A stretch of DNA of 64,000 nucleotides from Torpedo marmorata. Its lineage: Eukaryota. The notes under the pieces were generated by a model that did not search any database, was not told the DNA's origin, and worked only from the letters and a program-made list of their open reading frames with translations. The translations under genes were made by a program, and so were the position numbers. Of the stretch, positions 11,296 to 22,656 are shown in pieces; position 1 is the first letter of the stretch; every line of letters begins with the position of its first letter. The stretch spans positions 65,410,001-65,474,000 of the forward strand of contig OZ360238.1 of NCBI GenBank assembly GCA_977017645.1. The letters are read 5' to 3'.

Positions 11296-13919
11296 TAAAA
11301 AACACAAAAGCTGGAGAACTCAGCAGGTCAAACAGTGTCTTTTATGTAGCAAAGGTAGAAATACATAACCGATGTTTCAGGCTTGAGCCCTTCTTCAAAG
11401 TATGAGAAAATGCCGGCAGACGTCCGAACAAAGGAGTGAGGGGGGAAGGGGGGTGGGAAAGGCAGGAGATAAGGTGGAGAAAGGAGGGAGGGGACAGTAG
11501 CAAAGAGGGGGAGGAGGGATGGCTGGGTAGCTGGAGAAACACAGGAAGGACAGGTGAGGGGGGAGGGGAAGGGAACAAGCAGGTTTAGTGGAAAGCAGAA
11601 AAGTCAATGTTAATTCCATCTGGCTGGAGAGTGCCGAGACGGAATATGAGATGTTGTTCCTCCAGTTTGCGGGTAGTCTGGGTGGGATAGTACATGAGGC
11701 CATGGACAGACATGTGAGTGTGGGAGTGTGACCCAGAATTGAAATGGTTGGCCACTGGGAGGTCGCTGTTGTTGCGAACCGAGCGGAGGTGCTGAGCGAA
11801 GCGATCTCCCAATCTACGACCGGTCTCTCCAATGTATAGAAAGCCACAAAGGGAGCACCGGATGCAGTAAATAAGTCCTCTGGATGTACAAGTGAAGTGT
11901 TGCTTCACTTGGAAGGCCTGTTTGGGGCCCTGGACCGTGGTGAGGGGGGAGGTGTGGGCGCAGGTGTTGCACCTCCTGCGGGCACAGGGGAAGGTTCCGG
12001 GGGTGCGATGGGTGGGGAGGGACGAGTGCACGAGTGAATCACGGAGGGAGCGGTCCCTACGGAAGGCCGAGAGGGGAGAAGGAAAAATGTGTCTGGTGGT
12101 GGGATCCTGCAGCAAGTGCCAGAAATTCCGGCGGATAATGTGTTGGATGCGGAGGCTAGTGGGGTGGTAGGTGAGGATGAGGGGTATTCTATGTTTGTTG
12201 TGTCTGGGGGCAGAGGGGGCCAGGGCAGATGAGCGGGAAATGGAGGAGATGCGGGTGAGGGCTGAGTTGATGGTGGTGGAGGGGAAGCCACGTTTGTGGA
12301 AAAAGGCAGACATTTCAGAAGATCTGGAGTGGAACACCTCATCTTGGGAACAGATGCGGCTGAGGCGGAGAAATTGAGAGAAGGGGATGGAGTCCTTGCA
12401 GGGGACAGGGTGTGAGGATGTGTAGTCCAGATAGTTGTGGGAGTTGGAGGGTTTGTAAATGTCGGTGGAAAGCTTGTCTCCCGAGACGGAATATGAGATG
12501 TTCCTCCAGTTTGCGGGTAGTCTGGGTGGGATAGTACATGAGGCCATGGACAGACATGTGAGTGTGGGAGTGTGACCCAGAATTGAAATGGTTGGCCACT
12601 GGGAGGTCGCTGTTGTTGCGAACCGAGCGGAGGTGCTGAGCGAAGCGATCTCCCAATCTACGACCGGTCTCTCCAATGTATAGAAAGCCACAAAGGGAGC
12701 ACCGGATGCAGTAAATAAGTCCTCTGGATGTACAAGTGAAGTGTTGCTTCACTTGGAAGGCCTGTTTGGGGCCCTGGACCGTGGTGAGGGGGGAGGTGTG
12801 GGCGCAGGTGTTGCACCTCCTGCGGGCACAGGGGAAGGTTCTGGGGGTGCGATGGGTGGGGAGGGACGAGTGCACGAGTGAATCACGGAGGGAGCAGTCC
12901 CTACGGAAGGCCGAGAGGGGAGAAGGAAAAATGTGTCTGGTGGTGGGATCCTGCAGCAAGTGCCAGAAATTCCGGCGGATAATGTGTTGGATGCGGAGGC
13001 TAGTGGGGTTGTAGGTGAGGATGAGGGGTATTCTATGTTTGTTGTGTCTGGGGGCAGAGGGGGCCAGGGCAGATGAGCGGGAAATGGAGGAGATGCGGGT
13101 GAGGGCTGAGTTGATGGTGGTGGAGGGGAAGCCACGTTTGTGGAAAAAGGCAGACAATTCAGAAGATCTGGAGTGGAACACCTCATCTTGGGAACAGATG
13201 CGGCTGAGGCGGAGAAATTGAGAGAAGGGGATGGAGTCCTTGCAGGGGACAGGGTGTGAGGATGTGTAGTCCAGATAGTTGTGGGAGTTGGAGGGTTTGT
13301 AAATGTCGGTGGAAAGCTTGTCTCCCGAGATGGAGACAGAGAGATCCAGGAAGGGGAGAGTGTTATCGGAGATGGACCAGGTGAGTTTGAGATCGTGGTG
13401 AAAGTTGGATGCGAAGTGGATGAAGTTGACAAGCTCATCGTGGGTGCATGAGGCAGCCCCGATGTAGTCGTCGATATACCGGAGGAAGAGATGAGGGGTC
13501 TTGCCTGTGTAGGCTTGCAGCATGGATTGCTCCACAAAGCCCACAAACAGGCAGGCGTAGCTGGGACCCATGCGGGTACCCATGGCTACTCCTTTGATTT
13601 GGAGGAAGTGGGATGAGTTGAAGGAGAAGTTATTGAGAGTAAGGACAAGTTCTGCCAGGCGGAGGAGGGTGGTGGTAGAGGGTGACTGGTCGGGTCTTTG
13701 GTCCAGGAAGAAGCGAAGTGCTTTCAGACCTTCTGTGTGGGGGATGGAGGTATAAAGGGATTGGACATCCATGGTGAAGATGATGCGGTCCGGTTCAGGG
13801 AATCTGAAGTCATTGAGGAGATGGAGGGCATGTGAGGTGTCGCGGATGTAGGTGGGGAGGGATTGGACCAGGGGAGAAAAGATGGAGTCAAGGTAAGATG
13901 AAACTAGTTCGGTGTGGCA
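11296..13919 (-). mobile_element. Young 5'-truncated Penelope-like retroelement (Neptune type): RT + GIY-YIG endonuclease, internal tandem duplication, 3' hammerhead motif
   Basis: ORF 12339..13955 has GVAMGTRMGPSYACLFVG and RYIDD, a Cys-rich linker (CARRRCNTC) and LIYCIRC..LYIGETGR. Perfect 14-bp TSD GGAGTGCATTAGAA at 11282-95 and 13920-33. Confidence 0.95.
11364..11404 (-). ncRNA. Hammerhead ribozyme motif variant in the 3' end of the young PLE
   Basis: CATACT-TTGAAGA-A-GGGC(TCAA)GCCT-GAAAC-ATC-GGTTATG. Stem I CATACT/GG(T)TATG is plausible; C3>U and CpG-decay changes are present. Confidence 0.6.
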
Positions 13920-14129
13920 GGAGTGCATTAGAAGGTTCAAAAAGTAAATTAGCATAGAGTTTTAGCCTTGTAGGTATATTGATACATGTAAGCTGGGCTT
14001 ACAAAAAACTTTTTTGTTGTTATAACTACAGGGATATTTTTATAAAAAATAATAAATTTCTGCTGAAACTGCACAAAGATTTTATAGACAATCATTTTGG
14101 TGTCACCCGGGCAGACTGCGCCCCCCACA

Positions 14130-15475
14130 GCCCCTCCCCTTCCCCCCTCTCTCTCCCTCAGGCCCCACCCTCTCCACCTCAGCCCCCCCCCTCCCCACCT
14201 CAGCCCCCCCCTCCCCACCTAAGCCCCCCCCTCTCCACCTAAGCCCCCCCCCTCTCCACCTCAGCCCCCCCCCTCTCCACCTCAGCCCCCCCCTCTCCAC
14301 CTCAGCCCCCCCCCCTCTCCACCTCAGCCCCCCCCTCTCCACCTCAGCCCCCCCCTCTCCACCTCAGCCCCCCCCTCTCCACCTCAGCCCCCCCCTCTCC
14401 ACCTCAGCAGCCCCCTCCTCTCCACCTCAGCCTCTCCCTCTCTCCCTCGTCCCCCCTCTCTCTCCCTCGTCCCCCCTCTCTCCCTCGTCCCCCCTCTCTC
14501 CCTCGTCCCCCCTCTCTCCCTCGTCCCCCCCTCTCCCTCGTCCCCCCCTCTCCCTCGTCCCCCCCTCTCTCCCTCGTCCCCCCCTCTCCCTCGTCCCCCC
14601 CCTCTCCCTCGTCCCCCCCCTCTCCCTCGTCCCCCCCCTCTCTCCCTCGTCCCCCCCTCTCCCTCGTTCCCCCCTCTCCCTCGTTCCCCCCCTCTCCCTC
14701 GTTCCCCCCCTCTCCCTCGTTCCCCCCCTCTCTCCCTCGTCCCCCCCTCTCTCCCTCGTCCCCCCCTCTCTCCCTCGTCCCCCCCTCTCTCCCTCGTCCC
14801 CCTCTCTCCCTCGTCCCCACTCTCTCCCTCGTCCCCCCCTCTCTCCCTCGTCCCCCCCCTCTCTCCCTCGTCCCCCCCCCTCTCCCTCGTCCCCCCCCTC
14901 TCTCCCTCGTCCCCCCCCTCTCTCCCTCGTCCCCCCCCTCTCTCCCTCGTCCCCCCCTCTCTCCCTCGTCCCCCCCTCTCTCCCTCGTCCCCCCCTCTCT
15001 CCCTCGTCCCCCCCTCTCTCCCTCGTCCCCCCCTCTCCCTCGTCCCCCCCTCTCTCCCTCGTCCCCCCCTCTCTCCCTCGTCCCCCCCTCTCTCCCTCGT
15101 CCCCCCCTCTCTCCCTCGTCCCCCCCTCTCTCCCTCGTCCCCCCCTCTCTCCCTCGTCCCCCCCTCTCTCCCTCGTCCCCCCCTCTCTCCCTCGTCCCCC
15201 CCTCTCTCCCTCAGCCCCCTCTCTCTCTCCCTCAGCCCCCTCTCTCTCTCCCTCAGCCCCCTCTCTCTCTCTCTCCATCAGCCCCTCTCTCTCTCTCTCC
15301 CTCAGCCCCCTCTCTCTCTCTCTCTCCTTCAGCCCCCTCTCTCTCTCTCCCTCAGCCCCCTCTCTCTCTCTCTCCCTCAGCCCCCTCTCTCTCTCTCTCC
15401 CTCAGCCCCCTCTCTCTCTCTCCCTCAGCCCCCTCTCTCTCTCTCCCCCTCAGCCCCCTCCCTCTCTCCTCCCAC
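14130..15475. repeat. ~1.35-kb pyrimidine-strand minisatellite of three related units (~20, ~19, ~24 bp)
   Basis: ctctccacctcagccccccc, then ctctctccctcgtcccccc, then ctctctctctccctcagccccc arrays. Confidence 0.95.
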
Positions 15476-15491
15476 AGCACCCCTCCTTCAC

Positions 15492-15519
15492 CTTCCGCCT
15501 GCTCCAAGGAGTTCATCAT
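15492..15519 (-). CDS. CNEP1R1: CTD nuclear envelope phosphatase 1 regulatory subunit 1, coding exon 1 (MMNSLEQAE)
   Basis: Minus strand reads ATG ATG AAC TCC TTG GAG CAG GCG GAA G|gtgaag, matching the vertebrate CNEP1R1/TMEM188 N-terminus. Lies in a CpG island. Confidence 0.93.
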
Positions 15520-15690
15520 CGCCGTCCGCCACAGTACAGCCCTCGCCTTGCTCCCCCTTCAGACGCCGTGGTTGATTGGTCATTCGCAGCAGGAACGTCT
15601 ACGATGTAAGCCACAGCCTCATTGGCGGAAGACGCCAACGGTGGCGCGTGACCAGAGGGAAAGGCCGCGCTCTTGTTTTTCCGGTTCCGG
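15520..15690. promoter_or_regulatory. Bidirectional CpG-island promoter, CNEP1R1 / NCOA5-like
   Basis: Head-to-head genes about 200 bp apart; CCAAT boxes (ATTGG 15575-79, 15621-25); ETS/GABP-type CGGAAG 15626-31 and TTCCGGTTCCGG 15679-90; no TATA box. Confidence 0.8.
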
Positions 15691-15720
15691 TTGGCTGTGG
15701 CGGAGAGCGATATTCAGGAG
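15680..15720 (+). other. NCOA5L: Probable non-coding first exon of the NCOA5-like gene (TSS approximate)
   Basis: CAGGAG|gtcagt donor at 15721 just downstream of tandem ETS sites; the next exon starts 6 nt before the ATG. Confidence 0.6.
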
Positions 15721-18348
15721 GTCAGTTACGGTTTCATTTTAATTTTCTGGAGTTTTTAAGAGACAACTCCTATTGAATGGAGTCGCATTCAATTCACACG
15801 CAGGCGTATTATGTCTAGATTTATTTCTAGTTCGTTGCTCGTGGTCTTCGCTGCTCTACTTTTATTTGCGTGTAAATCTTCCTTTGTTACTTTACATGGC
15901 GGCGCGGCCTACATACGGAGGTGGTGGTGCTTCACTCTCGGGCCTCGGTCCCATCTAGCCTCGTTGGATCAGGCGGGGCCTGGATTTTTTTTCTCTTCCA
16001 TCCAGCGTTATCTGTCGCTTCGTTAGGCCTATGATTCTATTTCAGCACGTTTTCTCGCAAACCCGTTCTCAGCCCAGGCTAGTGGTTGTGTTGTGAGATA
16101 GCAGATTCGAGTTTTTTTATTGTTTTTTTAAAATGTATCGCGAAACATATTGTTTAAAAGATTGTTTTTAAACATTTATTGTAGTACCATAAATGTAAGA
16201 AAAAAATGATTTCCCAAATTCGGGACTTTAGTTTGGAAAATCAAACTTACAATGGTTATTGAATGGAATAAATGTTTCAGCCAAGAGACATGGCCGTCAG
16301 GCTCTTCAAGCCTGCTCCACCATTTAATATGATTATGACTGCTGACTCAAATCCTGTGCCATTTCTCCAATCATATATATATATATTCCACTGTTTTAAA
16401 TACTTAAAATGTGTTTTACAACCACGACATTTGCAAGTACTGAAACAAAATTGGTTGGATTTGCAGCAGGTCGATCTGATTTTTGTGGTGGATTGATATT
16501 TAACTATCCTTTCTGTTAGAAACTGAATCGTTCTCTGATCTCTAAGAACAAAACTTAAGCGTTTAGTGTTGGTTGAGAAAGTTATCTATTTTACTTTTAA
16601 GAACATATATTCTGGTGGTTGTAAAAATAAAAAAATGAAATTTGTTGCAGTTTCAGCAACTTCATTCTTGGCAGCCTTAAAATCGTGTTGTTGGGTGAAA
16701 TTTCATAATCACTATTGTATACAAAGCAGTGCTAGTGTATCAGTTTGTTTGCTTTCCACTGTGAAAGAGAAAATTTTAAGGCTGATTTTCTTGCTATCAC
16801 AATGGGTGTATTACAGACCAAAAAGAATTATATAAATGCGTAGCCATTCAGCTGGAGGTAGAACTACAGGGTGTCAACTTGAAACACTAACTCGGTTTTC
16901 TTTCAGATTCTGCCTGAGTAGTTTCAACTTTTTTTATTTTTATTTCCGTCTTGGTTGTCTTGTGGTTGGGATTTAAATGAGGGTATGGTTGGATATTTTC
17001 TTCCTTGCTCTCAAGGTGCATAGGCAAAAAAATAATCATTTGGAAGAGTGCATTGGTGCCTTTCAAATAAACTAGGTTATAATATAGACAGTGTTCTTGA
17101 TCTATTTTGCAGCTGTTGTTTTTTTAATGGATGCATTTAGCTAGTTTAATGATTACTGAATGTGTGTATATGCATGTTTGAACTCGTGATATATCCACAC
17201 GTGGTGTGGGTATAAAATATCGGCAAAATATAATTAGTATACTGCCAGTTCTCTAAAAGTTGGTTTGATAATTAGAGACTTCAACATCTGGAATATAATT
17301 GAACTCTGATTTACTGTATTTAAAAAGCAGATATAAATGCAATATCCTTCTGTGTTCTGCTTTCAGTTTCTCCCCTACCCCCCACCCAAATGATCCTCTT
17401 GTCTTGTAAATGCCCAGGGGCATCCATAATATGGATGAAGTTACTTTTGAACAATTAAAACACAGGAGGCCATTTGATCCATCAGCCCCATGTTGGCTGA
17501 CAGGGAAGTGATCACATTAGTCCCATTCCATCTTTCATTTCCCAGTGTCTTGAAGGTTTTTCTCCCACGTGTGCCCATCAGTTTCCCTTTGATTCCTTTT
17601 GCCATGATCCTACAATTTATGGTAGTCAATTGAACCACCAGCACATCTTCGGAATGCTATAGGAAACTCGTAACCCCATACAGAGAACCTGCAAATTCTG
17701 CGCAGACATCACTCAAGATAAGGTTCATGGATCTGTGAGGCAGTAGGGAAAGTTGCTGTGCCATGTTGCTGTCGTTATATATAATTTTTAAAACATGAAA
17801 TGCAACATCACTAATTGAATCTGCAGCAAATTTTATTTTGCAACCTCTATCATGGAAGCAACCTATGCTGCTAAAAGTAGAAATATCCAGTTTGAAAATG
17901 TTCTACTGTTGAGCAGTATTCTCAACCTGGTAAGTAAAGAAAAATACAGTACAAATAAAGAACATTTAAACGGGTGCATTGGGAGAATTTTGTGGGAGAA
18001 GCATCGAGCACAGATTTCTCATGTGAAATTGGAACAATATGGATAGATGTCAGTTACAAAAATTCACAAATTAATTCAGTAAAATGTCACAGATTTTGAG
18101 TATAGTTGAAGCATTTGCATAGTGATCTGGATATTCTACTTTTCCTTTGAGTTACAAATTGATGCTGTTTTAAATTTGAAAAACACTGCTTGATTCAGTA
18201 AAATTTCAGAATTAGCTGATCTATTCACTGGGTTTGTGCAGTTAACATTGAAGATTAATGGTGTAAATATTTAAAAAGTTTTATTTAAAGGTGTGTTACA
18301 GAAGTGCTGGGAAAAGTGGAATAAAATAAGCACTTAATCTGAAATAAT

Positions 18349-20610
18349 AACCTGACAGAAGTATATGTAGGCGAACATTTTGGGTCCAGTGACCATAATG
18401 TCATTAGTTTCAAGTTAATTATGGTTAAGGATAGGTCTGCTCCTCGAGTTGAGATTCTAAATTGGAGAAAGGCCAATTTTGTGGAAATGAGAAAGGATCT
18501 AGGAAAAGTGGATTGGGATAAGTTGTTTTCTGGCAAGGATGTGTGCAGTAAGTGGAAGGCCTTCAAAGGCAAAATTTTGAGAGTGCATAGTTTGTATGTT
18601 CCTGTCAGGATTAAAGGCAAAGTTAACAGGCATAGGGAACCTTGGTTTTCAAGGGATATTGGCGATCTGGTTAAGAAGAGAGAGGTGTATAGCAGGTATA
18701 GGCAAAAAGGAGCAAATGAGGTACCAGAAGAGTATAGAAAATGTAAGAAAATACTTAAGGAAATCAGGAAGGCAAAAAGAAGACGAGGTTGTTTTGGCAG
18801 ATAATGTGAAGGTAATCCCGAAGTGTTTCTACAAGTACAGGTATAGTAAAAGGATAGTAAGGGATAAAATTGGTCCCCGAGAAGATCAAAGTGGTTGTCT
18901 ATGTGTGGAACCTCACGAGATGGGGGAGATCTTAAACAGTTTTTTTGCATCCGTATTTACTCAGGAAACTGACATAGTGTACAAGGAAGGCAGGGAAACA
19001 AGCATGGAACATATAGAGATTAAAGAGGAGGAGGTGTTGCTGCCTTATAGCGAATAAAGGTATATAAATTCCCCGGGCCTGACATGATATTCCCTCGGAC
19101 CTTGAGTGAGACTAGTGTAGAAATTTCAGGGGCCCTGGAAGAAATATTTAAAATGTCCTTAGCCACAGGTGAGGTGCCGGAGGATTGGAGGGTAGCTCAT
19201 GTTGTTCCGTTATTTTAAAAAGGCTCCAAAAGTAAACCAGGAAATTACAGGCCGGTGAGCCTGACGTCATTAGTAGGTAAATTATTGGAAGGTGTTCTGA
19301 GAGATCGGATATACAAGTACCTTGTATTTGGACAGCCAAGGGTTGATTAAGGATAGTCAGCATGGCTTTATGCGTGGTAGGTCGTGTTTAACGAATCTTA
19401 GAGTTTTTCGAGGAGGTTACCAAGAAAATAGATGAAGGAAAGGCTATGGATGTTGTCTACATGGACTTTAGTAAGGCCTTTGACAAGGTCCCACATGGGA
19501 GGTTAGCTCAGAAGGTTCAGACACTAGGTATCCATGGAGAGGTTGTAAACTGGATTCGAAATTGGCTGAATGGGAAAAGACAGAGTGGTAGTGGATGATT
19601 GCTTCTCAGACTGGAGGCCTGTGACTAGTGGTGTGCCTCAGGGATCAGTGCTGGGACCATTGTTGTTTGTTGTCTATATAAATGAACTAGATGATGATGT
19701 GGTAAATTGGATCAGAAAGTTTGCAGATGACACGAAGATTGGAGGCGTTGTGGACAGCGATGAAGGCTTTCAAAGCTTGCAGAGGGATCTTGACCAACTG
19801 GAAAAATGGGCCAGCAGATGGAATTTAATGCAGACAAGTGTGAGGTGTTACATTTTGGAAGGACAAACCAAGATAGGACATACACCGTAAATGGTAGGGC
19901 ACTGAGGAGTGCGGAGGAACAAAGGGATCTGGGAACACGATACATAATTCCCTGAAAGTGGCGTCACAGGTAGACAGGGTTGTAAAGAAAGCTTTTGGCA
20001 TCTTGGCCTTCATAAATCAAAGTATTGAGTACAGGAGTTGGGATGTTATGGTGAGGTTGTACAAGACATTGGTGAGGCCAAATTTGGAGTATTGGTGCAG
20101 TTCTGGTCGCCTAACTACAGGAAGGATATCAGTAAGGTTGAAAGAGTGGAGAGAAGATTTACTAGGATGTTGCTGGGTCTTCAGGAGTTGAGTTACAGGG
20201 AAAGATTGAACAGGTTAGGACTTTATTCCTTGGAGTATAAAAGAATGAGGGGAGATTTGATAGAGGTTTACAAAATTATGAGGGGTATAAACAGAGTAAC
20301 TGCGAGTAGGCTCTTTCCACTTAGATTAGGAGAGATAAATATGAGAGGACATGGCTTTAGGGTGAAAGTGGAAAGGTTTAGGGGGAACTTCTTCACTCAG
20401 AGTGGTAGGAGTGTGGAACGAGCTGCCATCTGACGTCATAAATGCGGGCTAACTGAAGTTTTAAGAATAAATTGGATAGATACATGGATGGGAGAGGTCT
20501 GGAGGGTTATGGACTGGGTGCAGGTCAGTGGGAGTAGCGGAATAATATTTCGGCACAGACTAGAAGGGCTGAATGGCCTGTTTCTGTGCAGTAGTGTTCC
20601 ATGGTTCTAT
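18349..20610 (+). mobile_element. CR1 LINE, 5'-truncated, frameshifted ORF2
   Basis: GVPQGSVLGP and FADDTKIGG RT motifs, KTLVRPNLEY, CR1-type 3' end with ccatggttctat tail. Confidence 0.93.
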
Positions 20611-21535
20611 AATACAAGAGGTGTAAGCTAAACAAGCATTTGAATTAGCAGCAGGTGTAGGGCACTTGTCCCCATGAGCCTGCATCAGCATTCATAATCA
20701 TACTTGATCTGATTGTAAGCACAACTCTGCATCCACATACCAATGTTATCATTTCCCCCCCCTTATCAAGAACTATCTCTGCCTTAAAAATATTGAAAGA
20801 TTCTGCTACCTTTGAAGTTGAGTGTTAAAAGAATATGACCCTCTGATAGAAAATTTAACCTCTTGTTTTAAATGGCAGCCCCCTTGTTATTTTTTTAAAC
20901 ATTAGTTCCTGGTTCTTGATTCTGCCACAAGAGGAACATCATCTTCGCACCCACCATGTTAAGTACTGCATGTTGTTTTGTGGCCTGGTAACCTACTGTT
21001 AAAGCCTTTTGGAGCAAAAGTATGTATGAGACCACTTTTATGGACACCTGGCAAATTTATGAAGGAAAATATGGCCTTTTCTGTGATTCGAGATGTCTGA
21101 AAAATATTTCCAGCTGCTATTTGAGTTCCAAAAATATTTCCTGAAATTTTATTTTGACAGCACAGAAAGCTTTATTTAAAATTTGTGTGACAAGAGGCAC
21201 AATACAACTTAGTCCAAAGGGCCTGGGATCATAGTGAGCCAAGTTGAATACAATCCACTTGGCAAATTGATCTGTGATCTAGTGAGTTAACGTGTGATGT
21301 TAGATCATTTTCATTTTAATCTGTTATTGACATGTATCCATCTGTAAGAGCATTGCACTCTTTAGCATTCTGATTATACATTTTGATGTATAAATGCAGT
21401 TTCTTCTGAAGTGTTGCTGATGGGTACAAGGGAAAATATCTAATATTCTGAATGCATTCCAAGCAAAATGTTCAAATTTTATTAGACGAGGTTTTTAAGT
21501 AATACCTCCTCACCCACTTATTTCTGTAGGTAAAG

Positions 21536-21594
21536 ATGGCTACTTGGATAAAGCCTAGGGTGGTTGCAACACACAAACTCAGCCCAGATGGAAG
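21536..21594 (+). CDS. NCOA5L: NCOA5-like, coding exon 1 (MATWIKPRVVATHKLSPDG); exon starts at 21530
   Basis: tttctgtag|GTAAAG ATG GCT..., good Kozak context (aagATGg), donor AAG|gtaagg; ends in phase 2. Confidence 0.75.
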
Positions 21595-22010
21595 GTAAGG
21601 GAAGTTTAAAAATAATACCTACTACCCTTAAACTGTGCAAAAATCGGAATAGTTTTAATTTTGGAGTGTTCTTTCACTTTAATATTTGTATCAATTTTTA
21701 GAATTTTAATGAGACTTCCTGTTGCCTGAATAACATAGTAGTCAATCATGAGACTAATGCTAGTTTCCATTGGAAAGAATTGTGTTCAATAGTGCAAGAT
21801 GGTTTTCTAACTGATTGAAAACCACTAATAATTGTCGAGTCAAAGAAATATTGACCATTTTCAGCATTAATTTTGTTGATTACATTTACCTTGTTTTGGT
21901 TTTATGGCAGCCTTCATTTGGCTGTGTATAGAATAAGTTCTTTTTTTATATTTTAAAAAAAAGGTTCAAGCCAAGGTCTATAAATTTTATTTCCCCCTCT
22001 CTCCCTCAAG

Positions 22011-22058
22011 CACGTATGTAGCAGCGGAATACAACGTTGCCAGAGAAGCTTTACCAAG
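22011..22058 (+). CDS. NCOA5L: NCOA5-like, 48-nt symmetric exon (STYVAAEYNVAREALP)
   Basis: Long pyrimidine tract ttccccctctctccctcaag|, donor AAG|gtatgg, open in phase 2-2. Confidence 0.7.
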
Positions 22059-22656
22059 GTATGGAAATAAAAACAGAAATAATGGAATAAATATAGTCTT
22101 GAGCTTGAGATGCAAGAGACTTTCGTGAAGTACAGTAGTGAGGTGATGAATATTTCACTCCCATACCAGGGTACTTTTTGCTCACACTGACAAAAAGCTG
22201 GAATGGGACATTTTGGTAAAGATGGTTTCACTGCAACTATGACTTTAGTAACTAATTGTTCCAACAATATTCACAGAATAACCTTGTTGCTAGTTCAGTT
22301 TCCATTCTCTGGTTGGCTTTGGTCATTCAGAATATTTTTTATTTCAGAACTGCAATTTCACACCAAAATACAGAAGCTACCAGAAAAGCATTGAAGATAT
22401 TCATTGTTGGTAAGGGGTTGGTGTGAAAATTCAGAAATGGTTTAGATTGGTCACAGATTCCCTCAATTTATTCAATGGTTCAAGGAGTAGGGAACAGAAT
22501 TCTTTGGTAAATGGAGGATATGAGAAAAATTTGAATCTCCATGTTTAGCATCTGGAATTGACTGCCTGTAAGAGTGGTGCAACACCACCAGTATTTTCAG
22601 AAGTGAATTGAATATGTACTTGGGAGGCATTGCAAGGCTTTGGTAATAGTGTGGAG

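Larger units (their letters stand above)
10806..14125. mobile_element. hAT (Tip100-like) MITE interrupted by the young PLE; right TIR missing
   Basis: Starts CAGTAGCGTCAC with subterminal GGTGTCACCC-type repeats (10826-60); the same motif recurs at 14099-14108. Confidence 0.5.

Noticed and set aside
14103-15278. Long G/R/E-rich ORFs
   Set aside because: Translation of a minisatellite that lacks stop codons.
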